64,000 bases of DNA from the NCBI RefSeq assembly GCF_001194135.2, contig NC_068985.1, positions 29,835,050-29,899,049 on the forward strand, given 5' to 3'. This document shows positions 27,007 through 38,815 of the stretch, piece by piece (position 1 is the first letter of the stretch; each line of letters starts with the position of its first letter). Below the pieces are notes generated by a model that did no database searches, had not been told where the DNA came from, and worked only from the letters and a program-made list of their open reading frames with translations. Made by a program: the position numbers and the translations under genes. This stretch comes from Octopus bimaculoides (Eukaryota).

Positions 27007-27365
27007 ACCACTACCATCACCACAGTTATCATGTCCTACTATCTCAACACTATCACTGCACCACCACCACCACCACTACCACAACAANNNNNNNNNNGTT
27101 ATCATGTCCTACTATCTCAACACTATCACTGCACCACCACCACCACCACTACCACAACAACAACAACACTACCAACAATGCAACTATCATGTTTTACCAT
27201 TCTAACACTCATTGCCACTCATTTCTACAACATACCTAATACTTTCACCACTACACTACAATGACACTACCACTGCAACTATTACCATCACCACCACCAC
27301 CACCAACAACAACAAAACGACAAAACTATTTCTAACAACAACAACAACAACAACAACAACCAACA
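26860..27365. repeat. (ACT)n/(CCA)n/(CAA)n low-complexity tract
   Basis: Direct observation; includes a 63-bp duplication across a 10-N gap. Confidence 0.9.
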
Positions 27366-27633
27366 ATGCCAGATTCCTTTTGAAGTCTTTGTAGTGATGA
27401 TGGCTTTTGTTTGGCTTCAGATTGGGACATCTCTGTAATGAAGAGGGGTGGGTGGCATCAGCAATGCTGGAACAAGGGACAAAGAGGGAGAAAGAGAGGA
27501 AATACAGACGGGGTGGGAGTATGTGAATAGAAAAGGAGAGAGAACAGTTTCAAGGTTAGTGTGGATAGAGATAGCTTCTTGAGAGAGATTGGAAAAGGGG
27601 AGATGATAACAATAGAGAAGTGAATAAATTATT

Positions 27634-27717
<84 letters not shown>

Positions 27718-27859
27718 NNNNNNNNNNNNNNNNNNNNNNNNNNNNNNNNNNNNNNNNNNNNNNNNNNNNNNNNNNNNNNNNNNNNNNNNNNNNNNNNNNN
27801 NNNNNNNNNNNNNNNNNNNNNNNNNNNNNNNNNNNNNNNNNNNNNNNNNNNNNNNNNNN

Positions 27860-27918
<59 letters not shown>
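27634..27918. repeat. (AG)n microsatellite spanning a gap
   Basis: Direct observation. Confidence 0.95.
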
Positions 27919-27921
<3 letters not shown>

Positions 27922-27984
27922 GAGATAGAAAAACTGGAAAGGAAAATAAGCAATATAAGGTGTGTGTGTGATGTGTGAATATCT

Positions 27985-28195
27985 TGTTTAGGTTGTTTAG
28001 TCCCAGGTTAACCTGGGGGAGACCTATGATCGAAAGTGTTCCAACTATCCCAGTCTATATTTGATACTATGTACAGACATGAATACCTTATCTAATATGT
28101 TCTTTCCTTTTTAAGACAGTAGGACACAATCTGAGGGAAATATGACTGCTATTTCTTCTAGGTTAAACAACCACATAAAGGCTGCTCTAGTTCGC
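27985..28195 (-). mobile_element. Family E short element (non-tRNA head, (AAC)n tail)
   Basis: TTGTTTAGTCCCAGGT..ACCTATGATC..GACTGCTATTTC; one of about 30 fragments in the window. Confidence 0.65.
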
Positions 28196-28452
28196 TAGAT
28201 TGATTACTGGTTCTACTTGACAACAATACAATCTCAAATATAATGCAACCCTCAATTTCTTTTGCACTCAGAAATTAGTAATGTCATTTTTTTATTTTGT
28301 TTCTTACATCCCAGTGTAATATCACTCCAGTCCAATTATAGTTGCAATATAATAGTTTCAGAAGTGATTTTAAATTCTCAATCGCAGAATAATGCTAATA
28401 ATATAGCCTGAACAGGATAAACTACCCCTATTTTGCAGAGAAAAGTGTAGGT

Positions 28453-28526
28453 GGCTAGCTGTGGACTCGAACTCACATCCCCGTGATTACATGTCATGAT
28501 GCTTTGACCGATTAAGCTAAACTACC
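28453..28526 (-). pseudogene. tRNA-Thr(UGU)-like sequence, left arm
   Basis: Mirror of the right unit, with an added mismatch in the anticodon stem. Confidence 0.6.
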
Positions 28527-28592
28527 CACTACATATGAGAGCGTCTCATAAAGCGAGATTTATATATCTTAATTTGCAGAGGAATTGTAGTG

Positions 28593-28666
28593 GGTAGTTT
28601 AGCTTAATCGGTCAAAGCAGCGTGACATGTAATCACGGGGATGTGAGTTCGAGTCCACAGCTAGCC
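28593..28666 (+). pseudogene. tRNA-Thr(UGU)-like sequence, right arm
   Basis: A box TAGCTTAATCGG, D stem GCTT/AAGC, anticodon arm CGTGA-CATGTAA-TCACG, T loop TTCGAGT, TTTT at 28675-28678; lacks U33, has a 1-nt T-stem deletion and a G:G acceptor mismatch, so unlikely to be a working tRNA. Confidence 0.65.
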
Positions 28667-29944
28667 ACCTACACTTTTCTCTACAAAATAGGGTTAGTTT
28701 ATCCTGTTCAGGCTATATTATTAGCATTATTCTGTGATTGAGAATTTAAAATCACTTCTTTAACTTTCTAAAAGACATCTCAACGCTTCTAAAAGCAAAC
28801 TTCGTTTGTTTATTTACGTTTGTCGTAATTTGAATTTATAATAGTTTCAATTCCAGAGTGAAGCAATTCCACTCCAGTTTGACTTAATCCGGCATTAAGT
28901 TTAACATCACCTGGCCTTGGGTGTCTTTATTTGCAAAGGTCACAATAGAGCAAGTAACTCCCTTTCTTCTGCCCATCAGTTTTAAAGGCCCATATATGTA
29001 ACGAAAAATCAAAATGGAAATTAAAATGATTATCAGAATAGGACAAAGAGTAAACATGGAAAGCCTCTCATCGACCACGGAGACCAGACTCAAGTGTAAT
29101 TTCAGTCCTTTAAAATTCAAAGACTTTAAATTCTACTCATATATGGTTAGGTCAGTGATATACTGAATATCGCTGAGCTGATGGACAAACAAGGACTAAA
29201 AGTGAAGAACAACAGCATACAAGTAGGACAGAAAATTATGGACAGAAGCAATTCAAATAGTAACAGAAATTATACACACATGCAAGTGTGCATATATGCT
29301 TATGCATGAGTCTGACTTAGCATGTCTATGCATTTATAGGGATTGGGCAGCAGTAATATGTTTATACCAGCACAGTGACTCCTTGTGGAAACCTATAAAA
29401 AACGGTGTGTGTGTGTGGGGGGATATTTGGTTGTATAGTACCTTTTCAATAAGACTCATCTACCCCATGCTAGCATGGAAAAATTGGATGTAAAAATGAT
29501 GATGATGATGATGATGATGATGGTGATATAGATATGAGTGTATGTTTGTGCTTGCATCAAGTTGTTAGTCATTACATCAAAAAGTAACCAAGCCATTAAT
29601 TAAAGAGATTTTGATGAAACATACTGGACTGAAATCTAACTAGTGGGGCTTATAAAATCAACTAAATCTATCGAAAGCAGTGCTCCAGCAAGGCCAGAGC
29701 CCAGTGACTGAAACCAATTAAAGGATTATAGAATGTAATCCTAGATATACCATGTTCGAATGAAAGAGAGGATGGCTTCAAATGTAACTTTGCTCCATAG
29801 GTTTGCTTGGTCGAGACAGACCTAGGGTTAAATAACACCAACACCAAATTAAACGTCCTTTATTCGCACAAAATTTGTCCAGTTACACATCACATATCCA
29901 AACACACATACATTACCCATTTCTTTTACAACTATATATAGACC

Positions 29945-30298
29945 GTGGAGGCGCAGCGGACTCGCGGTTTCGATTCCCAGACCGGGCGTTGTGTGTGTTT
30001 ATTGAGCGAAAACACCTAAAGTTCCACGAGGCTCCGGCAGGGGATGGTGGCGAACCCTGCTGTACTCTTTCACCACAACTTTCTCTCACTCTTACTTCCT
30101 GTTTCTGTTGTGCCTGTAATTCAAAGGGTCAGCCTTGTCACAATGTGTCACGCTGAATATCCCCGAGAACTACGTTAAGGGTACACGTGTCTGTGGAGTG
30201 CTCAGCCACTTGCACGTTAATTTCACGAGCAGGCAGTTCCGTTGATCGGATCAACTGGAACCGTCGTAAGCGACGGAGTGCCAACAACATCAACAACA
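29945..30298 (+). mobile_element. Young SINE family C with two internal head deletions
   Basis: Body nearly identical to 15693-16080; A box missing. Confidence 0.9.
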
Positions 30299-30811
30299 GA
30301 CCCTTGCCCTACTAGAAACAGTAGCTAAATCTCTCATGAATAATGAATGCATATATGTGTGAGAGAGTGTGTGTAAACCAACTGAAACACAAAGACAAAA
30401 ATTAACCATTAATGTTGCGTGACAAACTTCAGGGCAGTGTTGTATTGTGGTGCGGTGAAGTAAGAAATAAAAGAATATGATATCATGTGATATGACGCGA
30501 TATAATACGGTGTGATTCGGTACTGTTTTGAGTGGTGGTGGTGGTGGTGGTGGGGGGGAATGGTGTGTTGTTAGGAAGATGCAGAAGAAGCAGATTTAAC
30601 TATCACACTACGACAGACAACAGACAGACGACAAGTATAAAGGTATGTTTGAAGTGATGACGAAGATAATATGCAAGGAAGGAAGGCTGTTAACAAGAGA
30701 CAAACAAATTCCACCCCCCTTAAAATATTAAAGCTACATCAAAGGAGAGAAAAGAAAGAGAAAGATGATTTATTCAGTGTTTATTATTTTTGTTTTGGTT
30801 TGTTAACGTTG

Positions 30812-30891
30812 TTTCCTATTTTATTATTATTACTTTTGCTGTTTATTTATTTCCTATTTTATTATTATTACTTTTGCTGTTTATTTATTTC
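30812..30891. repeat. Perfect 38-bp tandem duplication
   Basis: TTTCCTATTTTATTATTATTACTTTTGCTGTTTATTTA starting at 30812 and 30850. Confidence 0.9.
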
Positions 30892-31687
30892 ATTTGTTTA
30901 TTTTTGTATTGCGTTTTATAACTTCGTTGTTTGTTTTTAAGTTTATTCTCTTTTTTTCGTCTTAGTCTTGTTCTAATGAAAGACGAAAGTGAAAGAATTA
31001 ATAAAAATATTTCGGGAGATGAAAGGCAAAACTACAACAACAGTTTCTCCTGACTAGACACAAAAGCCTTAACTAGAACAACAACAACAGTACCAGCAAC
31101 AACAAACTAGAAATGACTTGTTCATGCCTTCCCCACCCTTATACACATCAATATACATGCATGCATGCAACCCTTTTCTGAAATTTTCTAAGGTACAAGA
31201 AGAAACAATTACCCTTTATTTATGTATAACTGTTTTATTTTACAGCGTATTATTGTTGTTGTTGTTGTTGTTATTGTTCTTGTCATCTCTTTTCTCACCC
31301 CCATTTACCTGCCTCCTTTTAAAAAGCATTTAATTCGTAAAAATAGAATTTTTGAATGAAATATGAGAACAAAATTTTCTTTTTCTTTTTTCTTCCCATT
31401 CCTTTCATTTATACCGAAAAAGATGAAAGGATTAATAAAACCGATGATGATGATGAAGAAAATGACGATGGTGGTTGCAATGGTGTTCTTGTTGGTGGTG
31501 GCGTTGGTGGTAGTAGCGATAATGATAATGAAGAGGAGGCTGGTTTGATTTCTTTTGATAAGACATAAAGAGCTGTAATTTTAGGAGAAAGGAGAAGGAA
31601 AGGGACTTGGTAAATGATGTGAAATTCATGCCTTTCCTAAGAGAGAGAGTAGATTAAATGACGTAAATTACATTCATTAGCAATGAT

Positions 31688-32160
31688 AATAATAATAATC
31701 CTTTCTTCTCGAGGCACAAGGACTGAAATTTTTTAGGGGGCGGTGGGGCTAGTCAATTACATCGACCCCAGTGCCCAACTGTTACTTATTTCATCAATCC
31801 TGAAAGGATGAAAGGCAAAACTGACCTTGGCAGAATTTGAACTCAGAACCAAGAGGTGGACAAAATGCCACTAAGAATTTTATCTTGTGTGCAATTGATT
31901 CTACAAGCTTGCTGCCTTATTATAAATGATGATGATGATGATGATGATGATAATGGTTTCAAACTTTGGCACAAAGCTAGCAATTTAAGTGGGAACAATT
32001 TAGTCGATAACATCGACCCCCCCACCGTGTTCATCTTATTGACCCCAATAAGATGAAAGGTAAAGTTGACCATAATGAAATTCGAGCTCAGAATAAAGAG
32101 CCAGAAAAAATGCTGCTAAGAATTTTGTCCAAACTACAAATATAAATGCTTCTGCCAACT
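31688..32160 (-). mobile_element. Two tandem family B SINEs
   Basis: 31688-31918 and ~31950-32160, separated by (GAT)n. Confidence 0.8.
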
Positions 32161-32329
32161 TGAATAACAAGAACAATCCAAATGTAGAAACATTCTGAAA
32201 GTATAGTTTTCAGATTAAGAATAAAGTGGAAAATAGATCAGAATACTATTATCTTTAGTGACAACTAAGGGTTTCTTTCTCTGGGCAAAGAACAAATTGC
32301 ATAAAGCTTGAGTAGGAAATATAATGTTG

Positions 32330-32670
32330 CAGGATAGTGTGACATGGGCTTTGACTGGGGAATGTGTGAAGGCTGGAAAGACATGAGGCCAACATACATC
32401 GCTGGGCGTGTGCAAAGAATGTTGGGACACTAGTGAGCTGAGGGTAAAACTAAAAACAAGAAGAACTGGATGAATTGTGCAAGAAAGAAGACTTTGTTGG
32501 TATGGATATGTGATGTGTATGGAAGGTGGCTATTATGTAATGATGTGTCAAGTGATCTAAATGGAAGGTAACTGTGGTAGAGGAAGACCAAAGAAGATAT
32601 AGGAAGAAGTGGTGAAAGCTGATCTTGGGAGGCGGAAACTCACTCACAAAGGAGATGATAAAAGAATGCA
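32330..32670 (+). pseudogene. Degraded RTE LINE ORF C-terminus (copy 1)
   Basis: DSVTWALTGE, RLERHEANIHRW, LCWYGYVMCM, EGNCGRGRPKKI*EEVVKADL. Confidence 0.75.
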
Positions 32671-32689
32671 ACAAGTTGAATGATGAACA

Positions 32690-33275
32690 GAGGTAGTAGA
32701 TAGCTTCTGTTACCTAGGTGATCAAGTTAGCAGTGGAAGCGGATTCTCCGAGAGCATAGCTGTCACAATAAGATTAGGCTGGGCAAGGTTTAGAGAGCTC
32801 CTGCCTCTGCTGGCAACAAGGGGCCTCTCTTTCAGAGTGAAAGGCAGATTGTACAATGACAGTGTGTGAACAGCTATGCTGCATGGCAGTGAAACATGGG
32901 CTGTGACAACCAAGGACATGCATAGGCTTGATAGAAATGAAGCCAGTATGCTTTGCTGGATGTGCAACGTCAGTGTGCATGTTCAACAGAGTGTAAACAT
33001 CTTGAGAGAAAAGTTAGGCATAAGAGGCATCAGATGTGTTATGCAAGAGAGACAAATGTGCTGGTATGGCCATGTGATGTGTATGGATGAGGACAGCTGT
33101 GTAAAGAAGTGCCAATCCCTAACTGTGGAGGGAACTTGTGGTACAGGTAGATCCAGGAAGACATAGGATGAGGTGGTGAAGCATGGTCGTTGAACTTTGG
33201 GCCTCACAGAGACAATGACTAGTGATTGAGACCTTTGATGATATGCAGTGCTTGAGAAGACCTGCCAAGCCAAGT
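32690..33275 (+). pseudogene. RTE-clade LINE, 5'-truncated RT C-terminal region (copy 2)
   Basis: EVVDSFCYLGDQVSSG..RLGWARFRELLPLLATRGLSFRVKGRLY..MLHGSETWAV..WYGHVMCMDEDSCVKKC..EGTCGTGRSRKT*DEVVK. Confidence 0.92.
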
Positions 33276-33890
33276 GAAATTGCAGTCGTGGCTGATGCTG
33301 GTGTCATGTAACCAGCACCCATGCAGGTGGCATGTGAAAAGCACCTTTTAAGTGTTGAGCCTCACAGAGGCAAAGTGGTTGAGCTTGTTTTGAATGTTGG
33401 GTTTCACAGAGGCAATGACAGAGACCTTTCGCATTATGTAATGCTTGAGAAGAAAACCCATCCAGCCAAGTAAAATCGCAGTCATGGCAGATACTGGCGT
33501 TACACAAATGGCACTTGTGCTGATGGCACATAAAAGCACCTTTCGAGCCTTGGGCCTCACAGAGGCCAGGACTGAGACCATTTGGCATTATGTTGGGTTT
33601 TGAGCATTGGGTTTCATGGAGGCAATGACTATTTGGCATTATGCTGTGCTTGAGAAGAAGACCCATCAAGTCAAGTAAAACCACAGTCATGGCAGATACC
33701 AGTGTCATGCAAATGGCACCTGTACTGGTGGCATGTAAAAGCACTCATTAACATTCTTGGAGTGGTTGACATTAGAAAGGGCATCCAGCCATAGAAATCA
33801 TGCCAAAACAAACTGGAATCTGGTGCAACCTTCCAGACCTGGTCAAACCATCCAACCCATGACAACAGACGTTAAATGAAGATGATGATT
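33200..33890 (+). repeat. Three tandem ~200-bp copies of the RTE ORF-end/3'UTR followed by the RTE tail and (GAT)n
   Basis: TGCTTGAGAAGA at 33249, 33442, 33647; final tail GGGCATCCAGCC..CCAACCCATG..GACGTTAAATGAAGATGATGAT. Confidence 0.8.
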
Positions 33891-35307
33891 TAAAAACAGA
33901 ATTATAAAATCTTAGTTTGAGATAACACAAATCTTCCCCAAACAATGTAAACATATCATAAATGTGTTTTTATATTTATATGTACATACATATAGTACAC
34001 ATGAACCCTTTGATCAAACGATGGGAAACAACTTAGTGCTATGCACATCATGATAATGTACTGCCCACCAATATCAAGTAACAGCCACATTCTTGTTGAA
34101 TAAGACATAATGAATGACATCAAAGCTAGGAAAACAATGGTTGTAAACAACAGCATCTTTTTCCTGGGCCAGTATGTATTTTTACACACATACACACACG
34201 CAACACAGAGTTTGAATAATCCATCTGACATAACTCAAAAGTGAATGCCAATGAAATGATTAAAAACATCAGATTCAACTACAATTCTTGTGAGTGTTTT
34301 TTATTTTTATTTTGTTAATATTCAGTTTTAATACATTTTATATGCACTCATTTTGAGTTCTATTGCCTTTTAGTATTGAGTGCTTGTGTGTGTGCGTGCA
34401 TTCGATAAATCAATCTTGGTAAAACTTTGAAATTAACTTTTCTAAAATATGTTTTTGGATCTACCTTATATATTGGGTCTTTTCTTCAGTTAATATTTGT
34501 TGTTCATTATTCTGTCAAGAACAACTTTGCCTTTCATCCTTTCAGTGCCTTTAGTAGAAAGGAATATTTGTTGTCCACAATCATTAAGAAACCATTATTA
34601 TAAATATATAGATTTGTGAAATATAAAAGTATATAATATGAAGATGATGATGATATAGTTGTTGAGCCACAAGTCTGCATTAACTGAGCAGATCTACCTT
34701 TTGTCTTTTACTTGTTTCAGTCATTAGACAGCGGCCATGCTGGAGCACCACCTTGAAGGATTTTAGCTGAATGAATCAATCCCAGTACGTCTCTTTAAAA
34801 CCCAGTACTTATTCTATTTGTCTATTTTGCCAAACTGCTAAGACATGGGGATGTAAATACACCAACACCGGTTGACAAGCAGATACAAACACATATATAT
34901 CCTCGTTGTTGGTTTCATTACATATCCAAGAATTCACTTTCTTCTTTATGGTAATGGCATTGATGACTAAATAGACCTATTCTTGCACATAAGACTCAGT
35001 GGTATTGACTGCATGGTAATGTCGATAGAAGACGAGATTAATTTTGTTGAGCCTTTCTCTCCTGTTGTTTGATTTCTCCATTTTCTCTCTTAGTTTCCAT
35101 CCATCAAATCCGCTCAAAAGGCTTTGAACGGCCCAAGACTATAGTAGATGACACTTGCCCAAGGTGCCATGCAATGGGACTGAACCTGGAACCATGTAGT
35201 TGAGAAGGAAACTTCTTACCACACAGCCACGCTTGCACCTAAGATCAAATGTTTTCCAGATCTGACCCTATATTTCTGTATTTCTTTTAAAAAATTCGAC
35301 ATATATA

Positions 35308-35511
35308 TTCTTTTATTCTTTTACTTGTTTCAGTCATTTGACTGCGGCCACGCTGGAGCACCGCCTTTATTCGAGCAAATCGCCCCCAAGACTTATTCTT
35401 TGTAAGCCTAGTACTTATTGTATCGATCTCTTTTGCCAAACCGCCAAGTTACGGGGACGTAAGAACACCACCAACGGTTGTCAAGCGATGGGGGGGGGGG
35501 GACAAACACAG

Positions 35512-35552
<41 letters not shown>

Positions 35553-35714
35553 CACACAATGGGCTTCTTTCAGTTTCGTCTACTAAAGCCACTCACAAGG
35601 CTTTGGTTGGCCCGAGGCTATAGTAGAAGACCCTTGCCCAAGGTGCCACACAGTGGGAATGAACCCGGAACCATGTGGCTGGTAAGCAAGCTACCTTACC
35701 ACACAGCCACTCCA
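35308..35714 (-). mobile_element. SINE family A1, young full-length copy
   Basis: Full A1 layout, many CpGs intact. Confidence 0.9.
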
Positions 35715-36025
35715 TATATACATGGTGTATAATGTGTTTATTTTCTTGAAGATAAGGTATAGTGTAATTTGAGGGAGATTTGGCTGCTATTTCTTAGCAG
35801 GTCACACAAACACTTAAAGACTTTTCTCTTAGATTTCATTATGATGATGATGATAACAATGACAGTGCATTGGTTGTGGTGATTTTGACAATGATTGTGA
35901 TGACTGATAGGAAACAACTTAAAAGGTGGGAACAGATTAAAATATTAAAAACCACCACCACCACCACCAGCATGAATACCAATAAAAACAACAATAATAG
36001 GCCTTTAATGACAAGAAGAAAAGCA

Positions 36026-36597
36026 GGATCTTTTTTAAAACGGGGGCCACATTTTTCATTAATGTTTTACGTAGTGTTTTTGGTACAGAAAGACTTTCAA
36101 ACTTCGTATACTTATCTATTTTGTGTTATAGAACAGAAAAATATTTTTGTATTCGAATTTATTTCATGTAAAAAATTGTCTTATTTCGATAATTTCAACC
36201 AATCACTGACGTCCATTCAGCCGATATACATTAAGTGCCGACTACATAAACAAACGATTCTTCGTTTTATTTGCTTTTTTCATTTTAAATTTGCTTTAAC
36301 CCTAACCCTAACCCTAACCCTAATTCTAACCCTAGGGTTAGGGTTAGGGTTAGGGTTAATTGTTTCAGAATCGTTTGTTTATGTAGTCGGCACTTAATGT
36401 ATATCGGCTGAATGGACGTCAGTGATTGGTTGAAATTACAGAAATACGACAACTTTAACATGGAATAATTTATGGATTTCTTTTTTTTTTAAGAAGACTA
36501 AGAGAAAAAGATGTTTTATATGACACATTCTACCAGTGATCCAAGTTTCAAAGTGTTTCGTTAATGAAAAATGTGGCCCCCGTTTTAAAAAAGATCC
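36026..36597. mobile_element. Non-autonomous DNA transposon (MITE), Merlin-like: perfect 37-bp TIRs, 8-bp TSD, inner 72-bp inverted repeat, telomeric core
   Basis: TIR GGATCTTTTTTAAAACGGGGGCCACATTTTTCATTAA at 36026-36062 / 36561-36597; TSD GAAAAGCA at 36018-36025 and 36598-36605; superfamily inferred from GG termini and 8-bp TSD. Confidence 0.9.
36297..36359. repeat. Inverted telomere-type repeats (TAACCC)n-(GGGTTA)n
   Basis: Junction CCCTAGGG centred at 36333/36334. Confidence 0.95.
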
Positions 36598-37633
36598 GAA
36601 AAGCAAATGGAATGCAAAACTCTTGTAGCTGTTGAAGAGAGAAATATTTAGAAAAAAATGTCCTCCTTCTGCGGTTATTTTTGTCACTTTTTGCTTTATT
36701 TCTTTAACTTGTGTTGTTGTTGTTTGTCTTTTTGTTTGTTCATCTGATTCAATTTCTTGTTTATTGTTTTAATATTTCTATTTTTAAATTTATTTTTTTT
36801 CCCCTTCAATACCGAAATTAGCAATGAACTGAAGACAAGAGAAAAGAAAGGAAAAAGGAATATATATATATACATACATACATACACATTATACACAGAA
36901 AAGCAAGGAAATAGACAGAGAGAGACGTACGTAGCTCTGATTTATGGTATGTGTGTACATGAGCATTTGTGTATGTAATGCAAGAGAATATAATTGGAAA
37001 AAGAAAGTGAGAAAACATGAAAAGTGAAAGTGAGACAGAGAAAGAGGAGAAAAGAAGAAAATAGAGAATGGAAAAATACAAAAGCAATGAGGAAGACTAA
37101 GATGAAATGAGAAGAGATATATCAAAAACAGAGAGAGAGAGAGATGAAGGCAAGGATGGTTTGTGAGGAAGGAGAATAAAACTTGAAAGATGCCCGCACT
37201 TAGTGAAAAGAAAGCATTTAGTTCCAATGAGCCATGAAGAAATAGACTGATGATGATGAAAGAAGAATGAGGATGGAGGGAATGGCATGGTGGTGGTGGT
37301 GGTGGTGGGGGGGGTAAAGTCATATGGTGGATTGTGATATGGTATAGTGTTGGCGTTGCTGCTGGAGCTGTTGTTGTTTAACCCCAGGTCAGCTCTGATC
37401 AAGTAAACATGTGATCAAAGGAAATCTCTAGCTGCAGTCAACATATTTTTTTGTTTGTATGAGTAAGTGTGCGCGCGTGTGGTTAAGAAGCTTGGTTTGC
37501 AAACATGTGGTTTTAGGTTCAGTCCCACAGGAGCAACATTGGCAAGTGTCATCTAATTAGCCTGGACCAACCAATGTCTTGTGAGTGTATGTATGTATGG
37601 ATATATATATATATATGTATGTATGTATATATA

Positions 37634-37809
37634 CAATATTTTAACGTGTATAAAGAACCCTCATGTATAAGGAACTCCTTAATTTTGGGGGTTTAAAATT
37701 TGGAAAAATGGTTTTGTAAGAGATTATAATACTATCCATGTATAAGAAAGTCCCATATTTTTAACCTAATTTTTGACAAAAAAGGGTTCCTTATACATGT
37801 TAAAATACG

Positions 37810-37810
<1 letters not shown>
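37634..37810. mobile_element. Tc1/mariner-pogo-type MITE in TA context
   Basis: ~25-bp imperfect TIRs ATATTTTAACGTGTATAAAGAACCC / GGGTTCCTTATACATGTTAAAATAC; internal repeats of TGTATAAG; TA on both sides. Confidence 0.65.
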
Positions 37811-37858
<48 letters not shown>

Positions 37859-38468
37859 AAAAAATTTTAGCCTCTTGTAACCTTTCATCCAAAATGGAGA
37901 TGGCTACCAAGACTTCCATGAGGTATGCATGAACAATTGTGAAGATCTCTCCACATGAAACCATTGGTTGCATTGTTAACCCACAAATAAAGAATTATTT
38001 CTCAAACATATTCTGGCAAAATTGTTAGTATGTCAACCAAAATGCTTAGCAGCATTTCATTTGTTTTCATATTCTGAGTTCAAATTCTGCTGAGGTTGCA
38101 TTTGCCTTTCATCCTTTCGGGGTCAATAAAATATACTGGGCCGATCCTCCCCTTAAATTGCTGGCCTTTTTGCCAAAATTTGAAATCAATTATATTGTGG
38201 TGTGGTGCTATATGACATGGTGCAATGTTTGTTTTAAAGTGGGTTAACCCTAATTTAGCCCTGTTTGAAGTGTTCTAGCTTAGATCCTTTAGTTTTGGAT
38301 TTTTAACACATAATATTCAATGTATCCATCAGTTTTGAGGGAGATGTGGCTGTTATTTCTAGCAGGTCAGTGGCCATGTAGGTGTGTGCAGTGATGAGTC
38401 ATGTTGCATAAAGTGGTGTAGTGTAATCTAATGAAGCATAGTGTTTAGTGTACTATGGTGTACTAGAT

Positions 38469-38815
38469 GCAGGCTTGGCTGAGTGGTAAGAAGCTTGCTT
38501 TGCAACTGCATGGTTCCGGGTTCAGTTTCACTGTATGGAACCTTGGGCAACTGTCCTCTACTATAGCCTTGTGAGTGGATTTGGTAGACGATAACTGAAA
38601 GAAGCCCATAGTATGTGTGTGTTTGTGCCTGTTTGTGTCCCATCACTGCTTAACAACTGGCATTGGTATGTTAACCTCCCTGTAACTTAACGGTTCAGTA
38701 AAAGAGACCGATAGATTGAGTGCCAAACTTTACAAAAACAAGTACTGGGGTCGATTCATTCGACTAAAAATTTTTCAAGCGTGGCCACAGTTTAATGACA
38801 AACAAGTAAAAGGTA
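38469..38815 (+). mobile_element. SINE family A1
   Basis: A1 layout. Confidence 0.8.

Larger units (their letters stand above)
28361..28836. mobile_element. Palindromic insertion: two 174-bp inverted arms, each with a tRNA-Thr-like unit, 52-bp spacer, 77-bp asymmetric end, 13-bp TSD
   Basis: Arms 28360-28533 and 28586-28759 differ at 5 positions; TATAATAGTTTCA at 28348-28360 and 28837-28849. Confidence 0.85.

Noticed and set aside
27025-27160. 63-bp direct duplication around the gap at 27088-27097
   Set aside because: Same assembly artefact.
28593-28666. Functional tRNA-Thr gene
   Set aside because: Invariant U33 is absent, the T stem has a deletion, the acceptor has a G:G mismatch, and there is an extra base after the D arm.
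36297-36359. Ancient chromosome-fusion site
   Set aside because: The orientation is opposite to an end-to-end fusion, and the repeats lie inside a TSD-flanked MITE.
35870-36397. 175-aa ORF
   Set aside because: It runs through a MITE and telomeric repeats (LTLTLT/LGLGLG); no transposase motifs.
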